Shown: positions 1 through 13,163 of the stretch, one piece after another | Layout of the letters: each line of letters begins with the position of its first letter | How positions within the stretch are numbered: position 1 is the stretch's first letter | Assembly: GCA_964016885.1 (NCBI GenBank) | Contig: OZ024746.1 | Location: 58,900,001-58,964,000, forward strand | Source of the DNA: Eledone cirrhosa | Lineage: Eukaryota | Direction of reading: 5' to 3' | DNA: 64,000 bases | Notes under the pieces: model-generated | What the model was told of the DNA's origin: nothing | Database searches by the model: none | Seen by the model: only the letters and a program-made list of their open reading frames with translations | Translations under genes and position numbers: made by a program

Positions 1-209
1 ATATGCAGTTTTATATTATTCTTAGAATTACAAAAGTAGAGGCTCCATTCAGTTGTAGAAAGTGCCACTAATATCCGATATTTCTCGTGATATTCTGCAA
101 TTTTATAGACGTCATCTGCTGCTTATATTCTCGTTAAATTTCTTCTATATTCACTGATGATACGCATATGTTGTTTTGTATATGCAAGCATGAGAGTATA
201 CAAGTATAC

Positions 210-251
<42 letters not shown>

Positions 252-323
252 GTTTACGTCAGTCTATATGTACTTCTCTTATGCATACTACACATACATT
301 ATATTTATATATATACACACGCA

Positions 324-460
<137 letters not shown>

Positions 461-518
461 CTATGTATATATATACATACATATATATATAAATGTGAAT
501 AATATATATACATTTATA

Positions 519-556
<38 letters not shown>

Positions 557-816
557 GTACAATGTATAATGTATAATATATATATTTATATATGTATATA
601 TATATATAAGGGGGGGGGTATTATGAATATCAATAAAATGCGAATTACGTTGAAAACATCTGAAAGATATCGGGGATATTTTTTCCCCTATTTACTATCA
701 TATCAATATTAGAGAATCAAAACATCCAGATAGGTTTTGTTTTCATGGTTCAACACGCTAATTATTTGATTAGTTGATTAATGTAATTAACTATATACTT
801 CTGACTAACACACGCG

Positions 817-880
<64 letters not shown>

Positions 881-1164
881 TACATATATATATATATATA
901 TATATGTATTTACATGTATGCATATATATATTTATATATACATATATATATATATGTATATGTAAACATATATATATATATATATACATGTATACTTATA
1001 TGTATATATATATATACATATATATATATATGAATCTATCTATGTATCTATAAATATATATATATATATAAATATATATTATGTATATATATTTACATAT
1101 ATATATATATATGTAAATATATATATAATATATATTTATATATATATATATTTATATATACATA

Positions 1165-1196
<32 letters not shown>

Positions 1197-1238
1197 CAAT
1201 ATATATATATAAATATATGATATATATATATATATAAG

Positions 1239-1442
1239 TTTAATATAGATGAGATTCTACAGGACTAGAACTGTTTCATTCTTTAGAAATCATCAGGAAT
1301 CTCTGAATTCCTGATGATTTCTAAAGAATGAAACAGTTCTAGTCCTGTAGAATCTCATCTATATTAAAACTGTTATACTCTCCTATGTATTGAGTACCTT
1401 ACTTACGGTGGTTACCTCCGATTTAACCCGGAATAACTTACC
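1239..1442. mobile_element. Fold-back PLE-type terminus with back-to-back HHRs plus unique tail (family A)
   Basis: Inverted arms about 1239-1300 and 1307-1368. Minus-strand HHR 1251-1303: GAGATTC-CTGATGA-TTTCTAAAGAAT-GAAACAG...CTGTA|GAATCTC (7-bp stem I). Flanked by (TA)n. Confidence 0.8.
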
Positions 1443-2280
1443 TATATATATATGTGTGTGTGTGTATATACAACATCTGGATATGTTAATATTAGATAAA
1501 CACAAACGAAGAACAATACACCCAAAGAACAAGTGCATCCGAGACTTTATAATGACGTAGAATACAAATCTGTACACACATACATATGAAGTCTAGCCAA
1601 ACAGACATTTTACAATGAACTAAATTCTCCCGTATTTGGAATATCTATTATTTAATCACAGATCTGCTCAATTCAGGGTGACCTGGGGTTAAAAGAACGG
1701 CTATTTTTCATAAACTTTTATTTTGATGTTGTCGACTATTTCCCACTACTTGGAAAGAAAGGAGACCAGAACAAACTTTACTCATACCAAAAGAGACAAA
1801 GAAAACGACATCAACTCTACCTTCATTATCGCCACAGTTACCACAGACTCAACCATCATTACAAACAATATATCCAATTCACACTCAAAACAGCAACAAC
1901 TACAACAGATCCGGCAACCCGACCAAAGGTATTCCCAACAATAGAAAACTATCACAAACTACATGGCCTCAAACAAATAGTAAAACATTAATGAACTACA
2001 TACACCATTACATAAATATTATACAAAATGACTTCATCACAGCAGCGATTACAATTTTCCAGCACATTTAAAATGTATCGAAACAACACAATAAACTTAA
2101 TAGAAACAATTCACAGATGAAATGTCACTACCGAGGGGAAATATCACCAAAAATATTAAACTCTGTTTTGCATGCGCAAATACACACAATTAGCAGAAAA
2201 GACGAGCTGCCTTTCCAAGAAATTAAGGTCCTCACTTAATTCCTCTTTATTTCAAATTGGCCTAACACAAAATAGGCGGC

Positions 2281-2900
2281 TTGAATACACTTCGCCTGGA
2301 CTTGTCTTGGAAACAAGGCCACATGTTGAAAGATCTCGGATCACTAAATAGTTGTGGTGAATATGGGCGTGACCAGAATTTCTTAGGCGCGAGACTTTAC
2401 TCACATGTTCAAAGACTACGAGGTCTACACATCTTCAGGTTGTCAAAAATCGAGAGATACTGTATTATTTTGGAAAGGCCTGGATCCCATGATATGCCCA
2501 TCTAAGTCGATGGTGCTTCATGTGAATACTCTCGACGGCCATGCTTTCCGACTAGTAACCATCTACGCCCAGGCAGTTGCAGGATGACCCGATTATGTCA
2601 TGCCTCTGGAGACGTTTCTAGTAATACTCCACTCTTTATTGTTAGTGGGAGATTGGGTGCACACCGGGACTATGTGGGACTAGCAGATAAGAGAGAAGGG
2701 TACACAAGCACTGTAAATCCACGTAGATGGTTTTAACTGCCTGACAGGCACAGACTGAATTACCCTTGGTTAGAAACTTAGAAGAGATATTAGGAAAAGT
2801 ATTGCGATTGATGTGCTTGCGGCGAGTTTTTAACGCGAAACATGGAACTGTGCTGGCAGAGCTAAAGCTCTAAACTCGACAGAGCAAAATCCGTTTGATA
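2281..2900 (+). pseudogene. Decayed L1/Tx1-type LINE APE endonuclease fragment
   Basis: Broken-frame peptides DGHAFRLVTIYA and LETFLVILHSLLLVGDW resemble APE 'FRLV.VYAP...L+GD.N' motifs. Confidence 0.55.
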
Positions 2901-3551
2901 GGCCTGAGTTACAGAGGCGCAACGTGGTAATAATGTCACAATTCGATTTTTGACAGTCCACAATGACAAAATGCTATTTCATTTGACACGAATGTTTGCT
3001 ATTTTTTCAGGGGCACATAACTCAATGCAGTGGACCGGATCAGGCGATAGAATCCGGTGCCTGCCTCAATGAACTGCTACGATTCTCGACAATAGAAGCG
3101 GAGTATTGCAGAAAGATTGTAACTTCCATTGAAAAGTCGAAGGATGGCTACCTGAGGGGCAAATCACATATACTTTGCGGTATAGAGTTACGACCCTTTA
3201 CGTTCGAAGTTCAAATCCTACCGAAGTACCAGTAATGCACTGGGGTAAATTTAATCTACTTTTTCCTCCTCCAAAATTGCTGGCCTTGTCCCTATAGAAG
3301 GCATCATTATTATTATTATTGATTTGTTGTTGTTGTTGTAATTGTTGTTGTTGTTGTTGTTGTTATTGTTGTTGTGGAAGTTGATGTTTTTGTTATTGTT
3401 GTAATCCATTCAAAAGCTCGTGACAAGATTCATGTGCAAAAGACCTCGATTTTTAATCTAACAAGGTGTGTAGGTGAAAACGTGTTTGTATAGGTGTGGT
3501 GTTATTGCATATATATATATGTGTGTGTATCTGTGTTAGTGTTAGTGTGTG

Positions 3552-3634
<83 letters not shown>

Positions 3635-3652
3635 TATATATATATATATATA

Positions 3653-3685
<33 letters not shown>

Positions 3686-3700
3686 GCATATATATATATA

Positions 3701-3757
<57 letters not shown>

Positions 3758-3805
3758 ATTTATATATATATATATAAATATATATATATATAGATATATA
3801 TGCAT

Positions 3806-3867
<62 letters not shown>

Positions 3868-3877
3868 GCATATATAT

Positions 3878-3931
<54 letters not shown>

Positions 3932-4241
3932 TCATATATATATATATATATATATATATGCTTGTGTATGCCTGGTGTGTGCGCTTTCATTGCATGTGTG
4001 ATGTGTGGGCGTGTGGTGTTGCGGCGATATGTGCATATCTGTTAAGTGCATTATGTGCATGTAGAGTGTGTTTTATGGAGATGTGTTGTTAAAGGAATTA
4101 AATAACTAAAATATAATAAACTCAAACAAAATATAGACTATTAAATATAGTTACATTACATTTAAATTTCCTATTCTTCACTGGTATTCATCAATTCACA
4201 AATACACAGACACGCACATACGCACAAATACACACACACAC

Positions 4242-4278
<37 letters not shown>

Positions 4279-4459
4279 AATATATATGTATATATGTGGG
4301 TGTGTGTATGTGTGTTGGTGTTGATGGCTGGGTATAGGTACGTGTGTGTATATAAATAAATAATGGAAATTACATTCTTAACGATAGCTGTTCTTTGTCA
4401 TTCATATACAACATGTACTGTAACACGCGTATGTATATAATCAAGATGCACATAATTGG

Positions 4460-4534
<75 letters not shown>

Positions 4535-4639
4535 TACATACACATATACACACACAACCACACACAAACACACGCATATATACCCATATATATAAATATA
4601 TATATATATATATGTGTGTGTGTGAGTGTGTGTGTGTGT

Positions 4640-4673
<34 letters not shown>

Positions 4674-5099
4674 ATATGGAGAGAGAGTGAGAGAATTAAC
4701 TAGACCGATCGATAGATAGATAGACATACAGATAATGTTTATATCAATATTGATTCTGAATAGGTATGAATGTATAAAGTACACCGAAATATATTTATAC
4801 ATGTACCAAGATATACCGTATAAACATATTACATACATACATATATACATACATATATAGATGTTTACACAGACACATACCTACATACATGCATACATAC
4901 ATAGATACATACATGTTTACACACATACATACATGCATACATACATACATACATACATACATACATACATACATACATACATACATACATACATACATAC
5001 ATACATACATACATACATACATACATACATACATACGTACATGTTTTCGTACATGTTTTTAAACTAAAGATAGCAGAAAACTAAAATTTTCAATAACAC

Positions 5100-5204
<105 letters not shown>

Positions 5205-6252
5205 TATTTTCAATGTTTAACTTCCCAAATTTTCTAAATATTTTTTTCCTACTCTCTCCATTAACGATATCGCAAAATTTGTTTTCTTTTCTTCCTTCCC
5301 TAGTATATATTTTTCTTTTCTCCTATTCTTAACTCAAGGGCAGGCATGTTGTAGAGTCGTGATTATTTTTACATTTGATATCATGGGAATAAAACTCTGA
5401 TTTTACTTTTTAAAACCCCCGGCCGAAAGTAAATAGACATATACAAATTTAGATTTGTATCCAGAATAATGTTAAATCTACCCCGTCTTTTCTTTTACTC
5501 TTTCTCTTTTGAAATGCTGATATTTGAATATGAGATAGGAGAATTGAATATATCAAGGAGTAGAGTTGAATTTTTAATTATAAATAATTATAAATAAAAA
5601 CATTTGGTACAATTTTAAAATATCTTGATTTGAATCATGTTTTTAATGGTGTTAATCATTAGCAGTGTTGTGCTGAAGATTGATCAGGGGCTTACTATTC
5701 ATAGTGAGCACTACCCCTTTTATTAGTATATGTCTTATGAAAAGTAGTCTTACATTTTACAATCTTACTATTTTCAGGCATTAACGTGCGACAATGGTGG
5801 GGCACATCCTTGATTGAATCAATTATATCGCCCTCAGGACACTTTTTCCTGTCCTGTACAAATGGAAATCGTAAACGCTGGGCATATTTTTATCAGTACT
5901 TTCTGATGATCTGGTTAAACTAACAACGTATTTAAAATTGAGTGGCACAGCTTCAAGTTTTTAGCAATGTTTAGATAACTTAATCAGTGAAACAATTATT
6001 AATACTGTAAATAAAACCCCTTTTTTGTACTCTTGACCATATTATTCTTCACTCTTTCAATATTATTACTGCAAGTTAAACTTACATAGGAATTCAAGAG
6101 CCTCACAAACTCGCCACCTACATAAATCACTTGTTGAGTCAAACGACGCCGTACGCTAAACCTATCCATCCACAATATGGAGTATTCACAACCTCTAACT
6201 GGATTACCTATAATGATATTTTGTTATCCCTTATATATATATATATATATAT

Positions 6253-6850
6253 AACAAAGGAAATGTGGTAAGGAACCAGATGGACCATAACGCACCAGAG
6301 TACTCAATACTTAGAGTAGTAGAGTGGGAAATAGGAAAAAGTACGACGGCGGAGCTCAAGCCGTTTCGACGGCTATTCCAGAAATAGCCGTCGAAACGGC
6401 TTGAGCTCTGCCGTCGAGGTCATACTTTTTCCTATATCTCTCTCTAGGGTCGGACGCCATGCTTTCCAGCATAGTTACGTCCCTTTACGATCTGAGTTCA
6501 AATCCCGCCGAGGTTGACTTTGCCTTTCATCCTTACGGGGTCGATAAAATAAAGTACCAGTAATGCACTGGGTAATTGCTGGCCTTGTGCCTAAAGTAGA
6601 AACAATTATATATATATATATATATATATAGGAACGAGTAGGACCCCGACGGCTGAGCTCAAGCCATTTCGACGGCTAATTCTGGACTTGCTAATTGGAC
6701 GGCTAATTCTCGGTCCAGAATTAGCCGTCGAAACCGCTTGAGCTCAGCCGTCGGGGTCCTATTCGTTCCTATTACCCACTCTACTACCCTAAATATTGAG
6801 TACTTTGGTGCGTTATGGTCCACCTGGTTCCTTACCACATTTCCTTCGTT
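6253..6850. mobile_element. Two oppositely oriented fold-back PLE-type termini (family B) separated by a SINE
   Basis: Hairpins GACGGC-GAGCTCAAGCC-TTTCGACGGCTA / TAGCCGTCGAAAC-GCTTGAGCTC-GCCGTC with shared tail TGGTGCGTTATGGTCCACCTGGTTCCTTACCACA. Other copies at about 20268-20390, 37381-37443, 46400-46565 and 60920-61033. Confidence 0.75.
6447..6608 (+). mobile_element. tRNA-derived SINE (main family), 5'-truncated
   Basis: B-box-like GAGTTCAAATCC, central TTGCCTTTCATCCTTACGGGGTCGATAAAATAAAGTACCAG, 3' GCTGGCCTTGTGCCTAAAGTAGAAACAATT. Confidence 0.85.
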
Positions 6851-6970
6851 ATATATATATATATATATAGGATTAAAATACTGGAGCGTGTTGGAGTTTA
6901 ACACCCTCTTCGTATTATAGAAATGACAGTAAAGGGTATACCTCAATGTAATTAAACAGAGCCGAAGAAT

Positions 6971-8033
6971 TATGAAAATAAAACAAAGAAGCCTTCTAAT
7001 ACATCAAAAGTCTTTATTAGCCAACAATGTTTCGTCCTATTAAGGACTCATCAGGGCAATCAAAACTACAAGAAACACTATCGGCCAATACAAGCCGAAA
7101 ACTCCGAAGAATATGGAGTGTACATACACTAAAGTATTGGAAGATTATGGGTAAAAATATATAATAAAAATCACTAAGGAGGTGGATAACATTTTGAACC
7201 ATATTACAAATATAGTCCAATGCAAAAAACTAGAGCTAAACACAGATGGTTATATAGAGCGGGAATTATAGTACTATATGTAATACAATATAATATAATT
7301 GTTTCTACTTTAGGCACAAGGCCAGCAATTACCAGCGCATTACTGGTACTTTATTTTATCGACCCCGTAAGGATGAAAGGCAAAGTCAACCTCGGCGGGA
7401 TTTGAACTCAGATGGTAAAGGGACGTAACTATGCTGGAAAGCATGGCGTCCGACCCTCTACCGATACTGCCAATCCACATATAATATACTTGTAACAATA
7501 TTAAAATTAAAATTAAAAGGCACAATATACATATGTATATATATACACACACGTACGCACATATACATATACATCAATACACATTTCCATCATTAACAGC
7601 ACAAATTAAACCTTATTAAGAGTTTAAATATAAATAAGCATAATAGGAATAAAAATAAAAATAATACGTATATCTAATATACAGTATAACATGAAGTAAT
7701 GAAATGATTAAAAGTAACATATATAATATATAATAAACTATATAATTATATAATATATAATATAATATAATAGATGATCTCCGGTTAATTTGCACAAACA
7801 ATATAGATGTCACAATAACACTATAATAATAATATAATAATATATAATATATAATGGCATGTAAGTTAACAAATCAATTCATATAGAGTTACAGAGCAGG
7901 AGTTTTCGGCTTGTATTGGCCGATAGTGCTTCTTGTAGTTTTGATTGCCCTGATGAGTCCTTAATAGGACGAAACATTGTTGGCTAATAAAGACTTTTGA
8001 TGTATTGAAAGCTTCTTTGTTTTATTTTCATAA
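6971..8033. mobile_element. PLE-type element with about 135-bp inverted termini, each carrying an HHR (family C)
   Basis: 6971-7105 is the inverse of 7899-8033. The plus-strand HHR at 7941-7990 is TTGATTGCC-CTGATGA-GTCC TTAATA GGAC-GAAAC ATT GTT|GGCTAATAA, and its mirror lies at 7014-7063. Confidence 0.8.
7298..7480 (-). mobile_element. tRNA-derived SINE (main family)
   Basis: Reverse complement of the main SINE consensus. Confidence 0.85.
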
Positions 8034-8051
8034 ATATATATATATATATAC

Positions 8052-8127
<76 letters not shown>

Positions 8128-8130
<3 letters not shown>

Positions 8131-8214
8131 GATGTCCACAAAGTCGTTATACTATTTTATATATATATTTGTATAAAATTGATAAAAATGTGTAGTGATT
8201 TTTGGGACACACTG
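8128..8214. mobile_element. Tiny Tc1/mariner-type MITE
   Basis: TA-flanked imperfect TIRs CAGGATGTCCACAAAGTC / GATTTTTGGGACACACTG. Confidence 0.55.
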
Positions 8215-8735
8215 TATATATATGTATATATATATATATATATATACTGCAGGTGACATCCGATGAGATCGTTTTGTTTTACATCATAATCAAATGATGG
8301 TGCTGGTCCATCGAAATGTGTATAGTGATTTTACGGTATTAAAATTCTAAAGTAAATTTTTCAGTCCGGCTTTCTGTTGTTCGTTTTGATGAATACTTTA
8401 CTCCGTTACTGCACCAACCATTGGATACCACATCTACGTTGGATGATTTGCATGACGTTTTGTGGATTTATTGCAACTGGATTTATTGCAACTGGATTTA
8501 TTGCTTAAAATTATGATGAAGTGGTTTTTGATAAATACAAAGCTTTTAACATCTCCGTTACTATATTTCTAATGAATGATACTGCATATGGTTTTCAAAT
8601 AATTTTAAGTATAATCGAGAATTTTTAGTGATTTAGTAATATAATTACCTTCCTGGTTATTAAGCTGATGATTGAAACGTAAATTAAATTTTTTATATAA
8701 AATTACCATGTATTTTTACAAGAATATAAATATTT

Positions 8736-8870
8736 GAAAACAAACAATTTCGTAATATAGAACTAGGTATAATGACACATATTTTAACAAACAATTTTGT
8801 AATATAGAACTAGGGATAGTGCCACATATTTTAAAACAAACAATTTAGTAACATAGAGCTAGGGATTGTA
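8736..8870. repeat. About 50-bp minisatellite, ~3 diverged copies
   Basis: AAACAAACAATTT-GTAATATAGAACTAGG...CACATATTTT repeated. Confidence 0.7.
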
Positions 8871-9709
8871 TCAAAAGGATAAAGAAATAACATTCAAAGA
8901 CTAAAAAATAAACGTGATCCAGAATGAAATCCTGGAAGGTTTATGCTTTGTGAAGGAAGGATTGGAGATAATGCTTCATGCGAGACAGAAGAGGATTCAG
9001 ACATAGTTCTCAGTGCGGACATCGAATGTATGAATAACTAGATAAACCCCACGTTATATATTGGCCTGCTTAGCAATAATATTAATTTGTTTTTTCTTTG
9101 AAACGAAAGAATAATCGCTGGTTGATATGTTTTAGAGCTGTTGTTGTTTTTACTGTTGGTGTTGTAATGGGGGGAGGGGTTTTGCTAGTGATTCCCCTCA
9201 TTAGACTGTGGTAATGCTGGGGCACCTCCTCAGGTAAGTCAATCGTATTGATCCCGTTATTTATTTTATGGATTTCTTTTTTATCGAAAAGCTAAGCCAC
9301 AAATACAGGCAAAAACAAATATAAACGCAGAGATTGACACGCAGAAACATGCATACACCCTTTATGTGTATAAAGAAATAAATATATATATATATATATA
9401 AACACAATGGGATAAACACAGATATATGCGTACATATCATTAATTTATTCTTTTAATTGAGTCTGGCAAACTGTATTGTTCATAGTTAGTATCTTATTCA
9501 CCCTAGCGATTTAGGTCCCTTATGATTTGAACGCATCTATGTATATATCTGTGTTTATCTCTCTTTATTATAATAAATTATATTATAAGGCTTTTCCTTG
9601 AGCTATTTAATTGTAAGGGAAGATTGTGAAGAAGACAAAAATAAATAAATAAATAAATAAACAGATTAAATGAAGATGGCATAGACATACAATACAACAG
9701 GAGGAAACA

Positions 9710-9948
9710 TAATAGCACCACTGACGATGTTGCAGATGTGCAACGAAAGAAATTTGTTAGACTATGTATATGCGTTTGTGTCTATCTTATATCTGTATTG
9801 TTGACCGTTTTCAGTCAATGGTAAACATTGAGGACCGAATAAATTAACTGATATAAAAGAAACAGAAGCGAAAACCAACCAAACAGAGAGTGTGTTCTGT
9901 TATTAATTCTGGCAATATTATCACAACAATATGATCCTCCCCATGTAT

Positions 9949-9953
<5 letters not shown>
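9710..9953 (+). mobile_element. PLE-type terminus with HHR (family D); second copy about 21590-21852
   Basis: CTGACGA-T GTTGCA GATG TGCAAC-GAAA at 9721 and CTGAGGA-T GTCACA AATG TGTGAC-GAAA at 21604. Shared tail GAGTGTGTTCTG...CAATATGA-CCTCCC, with short tail remnants at 25188-25246. Confidence 0.65.
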
Positions 9954-10000
<47 letters not shown>

Positions 10001-10160
10001 CAGAGAAAAACGAGGAAATTTTGTTTACATATAAAAAATATTTATTGCGTATCGAATTTTTCATATGTAAACGAAACTTCCTCGTTATTCTATTATATAC
10101 ACTCTGCCTGTGCATATTTCATCGTACTACCTACACTAAATATATATATATATATATATA

Positions 10161-10982
10161 AAAAAATCAATAATAATGAGTTCAAATCTCAGGCGATCAT
10201 TTACAATGAAATACCTCGAAGAAAGAGTATTTCTGAGCCGTGTAATATAGGTTAACACAAATCAATATATTTGATAAACACAAATATCCTCATATTTATG
10301 TTTGTATTGTAAATGACCAAGTTAGCTAGATAGAAATATACTAATAATAATATTACAGTTTGCCTATCATGGCTTAAGATAATACATCATAAATCAACAA
10401 AAACAAATTGTATTGGCAATGGCCGTAGTGCTTGGACAAATTTAAATTTCAAAATCAAACCTGTTCCGTAGACAGGTTTAAACCTTAAAATCCAAATATG
10501 TTTCGAATAATGAAAAAGTGGAAGAAAATACCGCATTTTGATCTCCTCAGCAAGCACTATCAAAATTGGTATGTTCCACTTCAAAATATTTAGGAAGACT
10601 GTTTAGCGCACGAGGTAACCTCATGCGGTTATCCAGTGTCTAGCTAGCCTCATACTCGTGCTGCTAGAAATAACAGCCGTTTGTATGGGGCTAAAATCAG
10701 CTCAACGAAGGAGCAGTGAAAAATCAATAATAATGAGTTCAAATCTCAGGCGATCATTTACAATGAAATAGCTCGAAGAAAGAGTATTTCTGAGCCGTGT
10801 AATATAGGTTAACACAATACAATTTGTTTTTGTTGATTTATGATGTATTATCTTCAGTCATGATAGGCAAACTGTAATATTATTATTAGTATATTTCTAT
10901 CTAGCTGACTTGGTCATTTACAATACAAACATAAATATGAGGATATTTGTGTTTATCAAATATATTGATTTGTGTTAACCTA
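10161..10982. mobile_element. Direct plus inverted duplicated element between (TA)n tracts
   Basis: 10162-10259 is repeated directly at 10719-10817, and 10245-10414 is inverted at 10815-10985. This is PLE-like pLTR/inversion architecture. Confidence 0.65.
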
Positions 10983-11005
10983 TATATATATATATATATA
11001 TATAT

Positions 11006-11049
<44 letters not shown>

Positions 11050-11962
11050 TGTGTGTGTGTGTATGTGTGTCTGTATTTGTGTGCGTGGTGTATACGAAAT
11101 GTTTCTCCTGTTTCCTTCTACTATATTTCACTCAGGTAACATTGGTCAACACGAGATTAGAGCAGAAACCAATGCCCAAGGTGTCTCGCAGCAGAGGAAA
11201 ATTAAAAATAGGTGGCTGCGATGACGATGTCTGTTGTTAGTTTTATTGTTATTCCGCTCAGATCAAAACACACATGACTAAGATATTTCAGCTGTTCAAA
11301 TAGGGTGTATTTGGAATGCATCATACGATGTAAGTGTAGTGTAAGGCAGTTTAGTTTATATTAATAAATATATATATATATATATATATTTATTAAAATA
11401 ACAGATTAAAGTTTAAGCAAAGAATTGCTGCTTTCACCCTTAACGGGATCTTCTGAAACTAACAAAGTCAATCTGTGAACGCAGAACTGGATATTTCAAA
11501 AAACGTTGCAACCGGAGGAAGACAGGAACACGATACTTTGGTTCGTGGTAACGTTCGCTGGCAAAGAACGGGAAAAAACGAATAATACGTCATTAATAGG
11601 GTCGATAAAATAAAGTACCAGTAATGCACTGGGTAATTGCTGGCCTTGTGCCTAAAGTAGAAACAATTAATAGGAGCGGTGAAAAACAATTACGCGCAAA
11701 GACAAAACCACGTTTATGGTATAAAAGAGGTCGTAGACTAATGTTCTCTAAATGGTGCATAGAGACGTTCTCTGGCAATGAACGAAAAAACGAAGATAAT
11801 AAGTCATATGTGGAGCGTGGAGAACAAAAGCACGCAAAGACAAAACCACGTATATGGTATAGCAGAAGTCGTAGACTAAAATTCTAACTAGGATTATATA
11901 TATATATATATATATAAACTAGGATTATATATATATTTATATATAAACAAGAAGTGTTAGTC

Positions 11963-12310
11963 AACAGGGTACAATTAACTTCGTTTATTCATATACGCTG
12001 CTATATATATTTCAGTGTTAGCCATTATTCAACAGTGATGGCCTCATCTGTCAGTAAGAACTTGCACAGAAATACCAGTAATACATAATGTTGTAATAGA
12101 ATTGTCCCTTGTTAATCCATTGATATGTTCGGATCCAAGGAACTGAAAGTATATCATATATACTTTCATTTACTTATTAAAACACTGTTTTCCTGTATTT
12201 TTCTGTTCAAGTTCTTACTACCTGATGAGGTCATAGCTGTTGAATAATGGCTATCATTAAAATATATGTAGCAGCGAATATGAATAAACGAAGCTAATTT
12301 TACCCTGTTG
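11963..12310. mobile_element. Fold-back PLE-type terminus with decayed HHR (family F)
   Basis: Inverted arms about 11963-12075 and 12200-12310, with CTGATGAGG at 12222. Confidence 0.6.
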
Positions 12311-12467
12311 AATTACACTTCATGTTTTTACATTACTCCTCCGGAGTAAACAGACCAGCATCGCACTCGTTGAGTACTCCAGCCTGCATACTGAAGTGTC
12401 AGTAAACAAACATCACATACTCAAAATGATATATATATAAATATATATATATAAATATATATATATG

Positions 12468-12528
<61 letters not shown>

Positions 12529-13128
12529 CCATACTTATTTGAAACTGTCTTGAATGCTATAGATCGTAAAAAACCTCCTCCTCACTGTTGGTTGCCCGTG
12601 TCTCTCTCTCACTTTCTCCTGTCTATGTGAGAGGCAGCACGATTATACCAGCTCTGAGTCGTAGCTGACCACCAGGCTAAAGTCTGCCAGGCTGGCCACA
12701 ACTTACTTTCCCTATTTTTCCATGGTTACTTTTTTGAATGTTTCTTTCACCTGTGTCTTCCCACGATGGGACCTGTACACTTTTTTTCTCTTATTCCTTT
12801 CCTATTTTTCCCCTTCTTCCTCTCTCCTCACACCCCCCCCCCCCTGTTCTTCCTTCTTTCCCTCTCATTCATTTTCTCTCTCCTTTTTTCTCCTCCTTTT
12901 TTTATCTCTATCTCTCTCCTTTTCCACCTGGCCTTTGATTAATAAAAGGCCTCGGGCACACCCGAACTACACCGATGTCCTGTAATTCAGCGCCGAAACA
13001 TCGGTTCGGGAAACATTTACAGCTGACGATGGAAACTTCTTTCTTCCTTTCTCCCCCTGTTCTGTCCTAACCACCATCCTAAACCTTGTTTTTAGTAAGC
13101 ACACAGCTCCTTTCGTTTCATAACTTTT

Positions 13129-13163
<35 letters not shown>

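Noticed and set aside
1723-2220. Penelope RT remnant
   Set aside because: Only faint resemblance, too decayed to support.
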